DNA of 46,962 nucleotides from contig CATKYT010000005.1 in NCBI GenBank assembly GCA_949841245.1, forward strand, positions 1-46,962. The letters are read 5' to 3'. Numbering within the stretch: position 1 is the stretch's first letter; each line of letters opens with the position of its first letter. Below the pieces are notes generated by a model, which was not told the DNA's origin, searched no databases, and worked only from the letters and a program-made list of their open reading frames with translations. Positions 37,166-44,665 of this stretch are shown here, one piece after another. This stretch comes from an uncultured Eubacteriales bacterium (GTDB lineage Bacteria; Bacillota; Clostridia; Christensenellales; UBA1242). Both the position numbers and the translations under genes were made by a program.

Positions 37166-37609
37166 ATGAAAGTTGTTTTACTTAAAGATGTCAAAGGAAC
37201 AGGAAAAAAAGGAGATATAAAAGAAGTGGCAGATGGTTATGCCAAAAATTTCTTATTTAAAAATGGTTTTGCCAAATTGGCAGATAATTCTGCATTAAGT
37301 GAAAACAAAAATCAAAAAGACTCACAGGCTTTTCACAAACAACAAGAAGTGTTGCAAGCAAAAGAACAAGCAAAACAAATTGAAGGAAAAATTGTCACTC
37401 TTAAAATAAAAAGCGGAGAAAATGGAAGAACATTTGGCTCAGTGACAAGCAAAGAAATTTCTGAAGCACTTGAAAAAGTTGGCATAAAATTAGACAAAAA
37501 AAGAATCGATTTAAAAGAACCAATCAAAACCACAGGAACTTACACTGTTGTTGCAAAAGTTTATCCTGAGATTACAGCAAAGTTTAATGTAACTGTCATT
37601 GCAGAATAA
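37166..37609 (+). CDS. rplI: 50S ribosomal protein L9
   Basis: [26 protein letters not shown]; FGSVT. Confidence 0.98.
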   Translation: MKVVLLKDVKGTGKKGDIKEVADGYAKNFLFKNGFAKLADNSALSENKNQKDSQAFHKQQEVLQAKEQAKQIEGKIVTLKIKSGENGRTFGSVTSKEISEALEKVGIKLDKKRIDLKEPIKTTGTYTVVAKVYPEITAKFNVTVIAE

Positions 37610-37615
37610 AAAAAT

Positions 37616-37642
37616 AAATACATGCTTCTGCATGTATTTTTT
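37616..37642. terminator. Bidirectional intrinsic terminator
   Basis: AAATACATGC-ttct-GCATGTATTT. Confidence 0.8.
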
Positions 37643-37811
37643 AATATAACTTTTTTCGATGTCCCCTGCAACTTGTCAGATTTCCAAGCGAACACAAAAT
37701 TTGATTTATAAGCGTGCAAAGTTGATGGATTTCTTCATCATCCAAACCACATGCAAGTTCCATTGCAATTGCTGTTGCAAACATCAACATTTCTTCTTCC
37801 GTTCTTTTCAT
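37641..37811 (-). CDS. Small protein, DUF6774-like (56 aa; not in ORF track)
   Basis: Hand translation MKRTEEEMLMFATAIAMELACGLDDEEIHQLCTLINQILCSLGNLTSCRGHRKKLY. Confidence 0.6.
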   Translation of the reverse strand: MKRTEEEMLMFATAIAMELACGLDDEEIHQLCTLINQILCSLGNLTSCRGHRKKLY

Positions 37812-37835
37812 AGAATTTTATATTAAAAATGCCAA

Positions 37836-38618
37836 TTATTTGTTACAAAGTTTAAAAAGTTCAATAAATTCTTCCAAAGTGAAAACTTCTGCGCGTTTTT
37901 GCAAGGTTTGTTCGTCCAAAATGGATTTTAATTTTTCTTTTCCATAAACTGCACCTAAATTGTTGAGCAAAGTTTTTCTTCTCATGGAAAAACAGGCTTT
38001 AACAAATTCGGAAAACTTTTTCTTGTCAACATCTTTAAATTTATCTTTTTCTATTTTAATATGCAAAAGTGCAGAATCAACATTTGGTGCAGGATAAAAC
38101 ATTTGGCGTTTAATAATTCTGGTTATGCTTGGAGTGCCATAAAAATTTGTCATAACTGTAAGTATACCAAAATCTTTTCCACCTGATTTGGCACAAACAC
38201 GCTCTGCCACTTCTTTTTGAACCATAATTGTCAGGCTTTCAAGTTTTTCACTTTCTTCCAAAAGTCGAAAAATAATCGGAGTCGTAATGTAATAAGGCAG
38301 GTTTGCCACAACTTTAAAATTTCCATTAAAACGACTTTCAATTTGCTTCATATCTGCTTGCATGAAATCCGAAAACTCAAATTCCACATTTTCCAGTTTC
38401 AGTCCCAAAAGTTGAAATTGCAAATCTTTGTCAATTTCAAAAGAAATTACTTTTTTGCAACTCTGACTCAACATTTCAGTTAAACTTCCAGCACCAGCAC
38501 CAATTTCCAACACTTCATCATCACAAGTTATTTCCGCATCCTTTACAATTGCCTGCAACAAATTTTTATCGCTTATGAAGTTTTGTCCAAACTTCTTTTT
38601 AAAAACAAAATCATTCAT
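37836..38618 (-). CDS. rsmA: 16S rRNA dimethyltransferase RsmA/KsgA
   Basis: KKFGQNF, LEIGAGAG, ANLPYYI, PNVDS. Confidence 0.97.
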   Translation of the reverse strand: MNDFVFKKKFGQNFISDKNLLQAIVKDAEITCDDEVLEIGAGAGSLTEMLSQSCKKVISFEIDKDLQFQLLGLKLENVEFEFSDFMQADMKQIESRFNGNFKVVANLPYYITTPIIFRLLEESEKLESLTIMVQKEVAERVCAKSGGKDFGILTVMTNFYGTPSITRIIKRQMFYPAPNVDSALLHIKIEKDKFKDVDKKKFSEFVKACFSMRRKTLLNNLGAVYGKEKLKSILDEQTLQKRAEVFTLEEFIELFKLCNK

Positions 38619-39415
38619 AGTCTAAACATCCTTTTTGCATTTTCAGTTGTAATTCTGGCAACTTCTTCAATCGAGACCCCTTTAATTCGCGCAATCGCGT
38701 CTGCAACATAAACAACATTCTTTGGTTCGTTGCGTTTTCCACGAAATGGCTCTGGCGACATGTAAGGGCAATCAGTTTCCAACATAATTCTTTCTAAAGG
38801 TAAAAACTTGATGACTTCTTGAACATTTTTGGAATTTTTAAAAGTAGCCACACCACCAAAAGAAAAAGAAAAACCAAGTTCCATTAAAATTTTGGCACTT
38901 TCAATGCTTCCACTGAAACAATGAAGTAAACTTTCCCTTTCCAATTTATTTCTTTTCAAAATTTCAATGGTATCCCCCATGGCATCACGGCTGTGTATCA
39001 CAACTGGCAAACCAATTAGATTTGCCAAATCAAGTTGACATTCAAACGCAAGTTTCTGTGCATGTTTAATTTTCTCGATTTCTTTCGCAGTTTTGTCTTG
39101 CAAATAGTGATAATCAAGACCAATTTCCCCCACAGCCACAACTTTTTTGCTTTCACATAATTTTAAAAGTTTGTGCAGTTTGTCTTTGTCAACTTCATCA
39201 CAAGCAAGGTCAAACACATCTTCGGGATGCACACCGACTGTGGCATATAGTTTTTTGTGTTTTTCTGCCAAACTCACAGATTTTTCAGAAGAAGCCAGAT
39301 CAACCCCTGCCGTTAAATAAAAGGACAAATTCTCGTCCGAATTTGCAATCACGTTTTCCAAATCTTCTTCAAACATCTCATCAACAAGATGTCCATGCAC
39401 ATCAATAAGTTCCAT
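38615..39415 (-). CDS. tatD: TatD-family DNase
   Basis: DVHGHL, GVHP, GEIGLDY, IHSRDA, HCFSG, ETDCPY. Confidence 0.96.
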   Translation of the reverse strand: MELIDVHGHLVDEMFEEDLENVIANSDENLSFYLTAGVDLASSEKSVSLAEKHKKLYATVGVHPEDVFDLACDEVDKDKLHKLLKLCESKKVVAVGEIGLDYHYLQDKTAKEIEKIKHAQKLAFECQLDLANLIGLPVVIHSRDAMGDTIEILKRNKLERESLLHCFSGSIESAKILMELGFSFSFGGVATFKNSKNVQEVIKFLPLERIMLETDCPYMSPEPFRGKRNEPKNVVYVADAIARIKGVSIEEVARITTENAKRMFRL

Positions 39416-39469
39416 AAACAAATTTTAACAAAAAAAAGACTTTAAAGTCAAGCCTTTCTTTTTATCTGA

Positions 39470-40506
39470 TTATTTATTTAAAATTGGCTCTTGTGGTTTA
39501 CTTAATCTAACATTAAGTTCGTCATATCTGACAACTTCATCAGTGCATAAATACTTATAGTCTAAAGGTAATTTATGTTTTTGTGAGTATTTTACCATTT
39601 TTCTCAACTCTTTAGTTGTGGTGTTCAACTGATGAGAAATTTTATAACATGTGTCATAATACTGTTTAATACTTCTCTTACAAATTTTAACTCTCTTATC
39701 GTTTTTTAACATTTTAAACATTTCATAGAAACTTTTTTCACTTAAATTTCCATGATTATGTAAGTCATTGTATTCATAAGTTTTGTTGCTGTCAACAATA
39801 TTTCCATTATATGAAATGCTGACAACTGGACCAATTGCAACAGTAGGAACTTTGTCACCTTTTAACCTGTAACAACTTGAGGCATAATCTAAGACAGGCG
39901 TTTTACATTTATAACAATTTTCTAAATTTTTGGCTCTTCCTTCATCAAAAATGGTAAAATTACACATTTTATCAATTTCAACTGTGAAATTTTTCACCAA
40001 TTTATCTATGTTTTGTTTAACTTTTTCTCTGTCAAAATGGTTGTCAATAGATTCAAGATGATATTTATCTAAACTAACAACGACTTGCAAAGCAAATTTT
40101 TTCTCGTTTCCGCTTGTAAGACCTGTTTTTTATAATCAATTTCAACATTTATTTTAGACTTTCTCTCATTTGTTTCTTTAACCACTTTCTTCAATTTATT
40201 TAACGCTTCAATATATTCATCTGAAACATTTGTGGCATTAGTAAAAACCAAACAACTAAAAACATCTGTCCCATTTTTTGTTAAAATTTCTGCAAGTTTG
40301 TTTATTCTGTCAACCACAAGAGAACTTTCTCCGCCAATAAACTGCAAACAATCCACAGTTGTAATTTCATCAAAAAGCTTTTCCATTATTTCATCTGACA
40401 TTACATGATTTTCTGCTTCACCACGACTACAATGTCCGCAATTAAGGTTACACTGTCTTGTAAGTTCCAATGCCAAATTTTGAATATGTATATTTTTATC
40501 TTTCAT
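39470..40506 (-). pseudogene. Radical SAM protein split by a single frameshift (40506-40069 and 40090-39470)
   Basis: CNLNCGHC, FIGGE and FTNA in the first ORF; SLDKYH and EGRA in the second; one extra base in the 40097-40131 window gives a 345-aa protein. Confidence 0.75.
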
Positions 40507-40525
40507 CTATCCCCCATTTACTCGC

Positions 40526-40555
40526 ATTTTAACACGGGGGGGGGGATTTTGTCAA
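40526..40555 (-). promoter_or_regulatory. Sigma-A promoter with a C10 tract in the -35/-10 spacer
   Basis: TTGACA-aaatCCCCCCCCCCgtgt-TAAAAT (18-nt spacer). Confidence 0.75.
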
Positions 40556-40601
40556 TACCCAAAATTAGTCTTTTTGGGACAGGCATTGCATACATTTTTG
40601 T

Positions 40602-41177
40602 ATGAACTCTTTTTGGATTTTTATGATGCTTTCCAGCATGCTTGTGCTTCTTATAACCAATCCAAGTGCCATTCTTGCCGAAATGATTGGTGCTTCTGCT
40701 GGCGCATTGCAACTTTGCATAGAACTTTGTGCCGTTTATGCTGTTTGGCTTGGAATAATTGAAATGGTTGAAGCCAGTGGTCTTGGTGAAAAATTGGCAA
40801 AACTGTTGCGTCCACTTATAAAAAAAATTTTTAAAATAGATGACCAAGAAACTCAAAAAATCATTGCATTAAATCTTTCTGCAAACATGCTTGGACTTGG
40901 CAATGCTTCCACCCCAACAGGCATTAAAGCAATGCAACGGCTTGATGATGGTTCTGGCAAAGCAACCTTTGCCATGATTATGCTTGTAGTTGTAAATGCA
41001 ACTTCCATTCAACTGCTTCCCACAACAGTTATTGGGCTTCGCTCCACAGCGGGGTCACAGTCACCTGCTGACATAATTTTGCCAACATTGATTGTCACTT
41101 TTTGCACCACCATCATCGGAATTATTCTTGTGCATGCCATAGACAAAACATTAAAAAAGTTGAGAAATAAATTATGA
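40602..41177 (+). CDS. spmA: Spore maturation protein A
   Basis: WLGI, ANMLGLGNASTP, SIQLLPTTVI; CATACATT (sigma-E-like -10) just upstream. Confidence 0.93.
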   Translation: MNSFWIFMMLSSMLVLLITNPSAILAEMIGASAGALQLCIELCAVYAVWLGIIEMVEASGLGEKLAKLLRPLIKKIFKIDDQETQKIIALNLSANMLGLGNASTPTGIKAMQRLDDGSGKATFAMIMLVVVNATSIQLLPTTVIGLRSTAGSQSPADIILPTLIVTFCTTIIGIILVHAIDKTLKKLRNKL

Positions 41178-41680
41178 GCATCTTCATTTTGCCAGTTTTA
41201 TTTATTGCCTTGTTTATCTATTGCCTGTTTAAACGCATAAACACTTATGACCATTTTGTAAAAGGCGCCAAAGGTGCCATTAAACTGGTCATTGACATCT
41301 TTCCTTTCATTGCTTCCATATTGATTGCCGTGGCACTTCTTCGTGTCAGCGGGCTTACAGACCTTTTGGCTCAAATTATGTCACCTGTGTTTAATTTGCT
41401 TGGAATTCCAACCGAACTTTGTGAACTTGTTTTGTTAAGACCTTTCACAGGCAGTGGAAGTTATGGCATACTTGAAAACATTTTTAACACTTATGGGGCA
41501 GACAGTTATATTTCGCGTTGTGCTTGCGTTATTATGGGTTGCAGTGAAACAATTTTTTATGTTGCCACAGTTTACATTTCACAAACAAAAGTAAAGAAAT
41601 TACTTTATGCCATTCCTGTTGCACTTTTGTGTTCTCTGATTGGAACAATTCTTGCTTGTCTTATTTGCAAAGTTATGTAA
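41174..41680 (+). CDS. spmB: Spore maturation protein B
   Basis: YDHFVKGAK, LRPFTGSGS, GCSETIFY; overlaps the spmA stop. Confidence 0.93.
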   Translation: MSIFILPVLFIALFIYCLFKRINTYDHFVKGAKGAIKLVIDIFPFIASILIAVALLRVSGLTDLLAQIMSPVFNLLGIPTELCELVLLRPFTGSGSYGILENIFNTYGADSYISRCACVIMGCSETIFYVATVYISQTKVKKLLYAIPVALLCSLIGTILACLICKVM

Positions 41681-41723
41681 AAACACTATTGACAACAAAA
41701 AGAAAAAAATGTATAATTCAACT

Positions 41724-42671
41724 ATGGAAAACGAAAAACAATTATTTAGATTTCATCCTTCTCTTAAAGAAAAATATTTTTGGAAAAATGTAAATTCAAA
41801 AATTCTTAACACAGACAATCCAAAATATTATATTTCTACACGATATGATGTTTTCAATGCTTTGGAAATTTTAGAAGCAGGCTCTGACAAACCAATTTTG
41901 TGTATCGAAGGTTTAAAGAAATTTATGAACAAAGCTGAGAATAAAAAATTGTTTGTTAAATACTATCAAGAAGTATATCATTATCTGCCCGAACAAATGT
42001 TTCGCATTTTTGCAATTGCAAATGATGAAAACCCTGAGTTTGAAAATGCACAACAACTTGCAAAAGTTTGTTTAAACCATTACATCGCAAATGGTGGAGA
42101 TACAGAGTTTATCAAATATGGAATTTATAAAGCAAAAATGGAATTCAATAAAAAAAGTTTAAAAAATAAAGTGATTGAATTCAATTCATTTACTTTGTTT
42201 AAACAGATAAAAACATTGGAATTTAAATCTTTATATTTAAAATCTCTTTATGACGATTTGTTTGATCAAGTAAAAAACATTGGAACACTTGAAGAATCAT
42301 TAAAAAAATATTATTCTTATTACAATGAAAATGTTTATAAAGATTTGGTGGAAAACATAAACAAAAATAAAATTATATTGAAAAACAATTTAAAAAATTT
42401 TGATGAAAACTCATTAAGCAATTTCATTAAAACAAAAAGAAACTTTTTAAAAGAACAAAATGAACAATTTATAAACGAAATCAATGAAATTGAATTAAAT
42501 GACTTTTGTGATGATGAAGAATATTTTAAAAAAGAAAGCCAAATTGAAATCAACGAAAAAAATCTTAAACTTTGTGACCTTTTTGAAAATATTGTCAAAG
42601 AAACAAATTTTAATGATGTAAAAGTTTCCAATTCCACACCAATTTCAAAGTCAACAAAACAAATAAATTAA
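41724..42671 (+). CDS. Hypothetical protein (AT-rich, coiled-coil-like orphan)
   Basis: Start MENEKQLF, 6 nt after TTGACA-17-TATAAT. Confidence 0.75.
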   Translation: MENEKQLFRFHPSLKEKYFWKNVNSKILNTDNPKYYISTRYDVFNALEILEAGSDKPILCIEGLKKFMNKAENKKLFVKYYQEVYHYLPEQMFRIFAIANDENPEFENAQQLAKVCLNHYIANGGDTEFIKYGIYKAKMEFNKKSLKNKVIEFNSFTLFKQIKTLEFKSLYLKSLYDDLFDQVKNIGTLEESLKKYYSYYNENVYKDLVENINKNKIILKNNLKNFDENSLSNFIKTKRNFLKEQNEQFINEINEIELNDFCDDEEYFKKESQIEINEKNLKLCDLFENIVKETNFNDVKVSNSTPISKSTKQIN

Positions 42672-42720
42672 AAACAGCGGTTTTGATTAAATAAAGAATT
42701 TATAATTACTTTACATCCGG

Positions 42721-42757
42721 AAAAAATGCTTTATCAAATCTGATATAGCATTTTTTT
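42721..42757. terminator. Intrinsic terminator
   Basis: AAAAAATGCTtTATCA-aatc-TGATAtAGCATTTTTT. Confidence 0.7.
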
Positions 42758-42835
42758 GTTGACAAGTGATGATTTTAAATTATTATTGTTCACATGGTTC
42801 AGAAGAAAATCCGTCACTAAGGCAAATATGTTAAA

Positions 42836-43078
42836 TTACTCTGCTTCCAACTCTTTTAAATCAAAAAGTTCATCAGCAAAAAATTCTGAAAGTGATATTT
42901 TAAACGCATTGCAAACTTTAACGATTGTTGAAAATCTTATGTCAGAATTAATTTCATTAAAAATATATCTCAAAGCAGAATGAGATAAACCAGTTTCTTT
43001 TTCCAACCTGTATTTCGACATCTTCTTTTCCATTAAAAGTTTGCTTACTCTAAGTGCAAACGCTTTATTCAAATTCAT
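42836..43078 (-). CDS. Xre/Cro-family HTH transcriptional regulator
   Basis: MSKYRLEKETGLSHSAL..STIVKVCNAFKISLSEFF. Confidence 0.9.
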   Translation of the reverse strand: MNLNKAFALRVSKLLMEKKMSKYRLEKETGLSHSALRYIFNEINSDIRFSTIVKVCNAFKISLSEFFADELFDLKELEAE

Positions 43079-43107
43079 AAAATCCCCCTTTCTATTGTGC
43101 AGAATAA

Positions 43108-43180
43108 ATAAGTGAAATATACTGCCCTTACACTTGACATTATAGTTAATTAAAAATATAATATAAGTGAAGTAAACTGC
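43108..43180. promoter_or_regulatory. Twin operator repeats flanking a sigma-A promoter
   Basis: ATAAGTGAAATATACTGC (43108) and ATAAGTGAAGTAAACTGC (43163); TTGACA-17-TATAAT at 43134-43162. Confidence 0.7.
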
Positions 43181-43197
43181 ACCTATCAGGAGTTTTT

Positions 43198-43755
43198 ATG
43201 CAAGAAGTAAAATGTTCTATTATAGGCCATAGAAAAATAGAAGAATCCAACAAAGTAACATTATTGACAAAAAGAAAAATTTTCATGTTCATCACGAATT
43301 ATAATGTTAACACCTTTTTATTTGGAAGTAGAAGCGATTTTAATTCTATATGCTATGAAATTATAACAAACATTAAAAAAACATATCCCAATATTAAAAG
43401 AATATGTTATTCATGCAAAAACGAATATGTAATTTGTTCGGAAAAAGAAAAGACCCAACTTGAAAGCATGCTTAGAAAAGTAATTCATAAAGAAACATCA
43501 CTTATGATTTTTGAAGAAGAATTTGAATTTAAATCTAAATATACAGCAGGCAAAACAAGTTATATTGCAAGAAACAAAGCCATGATTGACGACAGTGATT
43601 ATTGTTTGTTTTATTTTGATGAAAATTATAAGCCACCCACCTATCGATATGCAAATGCAACTAAACAAACCAACAGCGGAACTAAAATTGCTTATAATTA
43701 TGCCAGACAAAAGAATAAAAAGATTGTCAATATTTGCGATTTGCTTGATATCTAA
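43198..43755 (+). CDS. SLOG-superfamily protein (YpsA/DUF1273-like)
   Basis: CSIIGHR, RNKAMIDDSD, SGTKIAYNYA motifs. Confidence 0.75.
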   Translation: MQEVKCSIIGHRKIEESNKVTLLTKRKIFMFITNYNVNTFLFGSRSDFNSICYEIITNIKKTYPNIKRICYSCKNEYVICSEKEKTQLESMLRKVIHKETSLMIFEEEFEFKSKYTAGKTSYIARNKAMIDDSDYCLFYFDENYKPPTYRYANATKQTNSGTKIAYNYARQKNKKIVNICDLLDI

Positions 43756-43783
43756 TTTTTGCATTTTGACATATAATAAATTT

Positions 43784-44650
43784 ATGGACAACAAAAATTT
43801 TAATAAGTTCATTTCAGAAAAATGTCAAGACTTAAAAGTGGAAACCATAGGAAAGTCTGTTTTGGAACAAGACTTGTTTGCTGTAAGTAAAGTTTTCAAT
43901 GAAAATTTTAAATGGGTTCTAATAACCGCAGGCATTCACGCCCGTGAACATCTTTCTTGTGATTTTGCTTGTTTCGTCACAGAAAAACTTAAACAACAAG
44001 ACAATTTAAACTTTAATGTCGCCATCATTCCGCTGATAAATCCAGACGGAGCAGACATAGCCATACATGGTGTTTCAAGTTATAAAAAGTCTTTAAGAGA
44101 AAAACTTTTAAAAATTAACAATGACAATTTTGATTTTTCCCTTTATAAAGCCAATGCAAACGGAGTTGATTTAAACAACAATTTTGATGCAAACTGGGAC
44201 AAAAAATTTACAGAAAAGTTTGCTCCTGCAAGCCAAGGTTTTTATGGTTTTTTGCCTATGAGTGAAACTGAAACACAAGCACTTGCAAATTTTGCTAAAA
44301 GCAAAAATTTATTTCTAACTTTAAATTTCCATCTTAAAGGTGAAGAAATTTATTTTGACTTTTTTCAAAACGACAAGCATTTTCAACGCGACAAAAAAAT
44401 TGCCAAAATTTTTGCTGAAAGCACTGGCTATGCAATTAAGCCTACTCAAAACACAAGCAGTGGCGGATTCAAAGATTGGTGTGTTTCCAAACTTGGCATT
44501 CCATCTTTGACAATCGAACTTGGTAATGACAGATTTTCTCACCCTTTCCCTAAATCTGAACTTAAAAACATCACAGCAAAACATGAAAATATTTTTGATG
44601 ACATAACAAAAAGTTTGGCTGTTTATGAAGCATATAAAAAAGCAGATTAA
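43784..44650 (+). CDS. M14 zinc peptidase (gamma-D-glutamyl-mDAP peptidase-like)
   Basis: AGIHARE, NPDG, NGVDLNNNF, FH, TIELG; start MDNKNF. Confidence 0.88.
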   Translation: MDNKNFNKFISEKCQDLKVETIGKSVLEQDLFAVSKVFNENFKWVLITAGIHAREHLSCDFACFVTEKLKQQDNLNFNVAIIPLINPDGADIAIHGVSSYKKSLREKLLKINNDNFDFSLYKANANGVDLNNNFDANWDKKFTEKFAPASQGFYGFLPMSETETQALANFAKSKNLFLTLNFHLKGEEIYFDFFQNDKHFQRDKKIAKIFAESTGYAIKPTQNTSSGGFKDWCVSKLGIPSLTIELGNDRFSHPFPKSELKNITAKHENIFDDITKSLAVYEAYKKAD

Positions 44651-44665
44651 CTCTGCTTTTTTCAA

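Noticed and set aside
40518-40856. 112-aa minus ORF whose PPP codons come from the C10 tract
   Set aside because: Antisense to spmA; the tract is better explained as a promoter spacer
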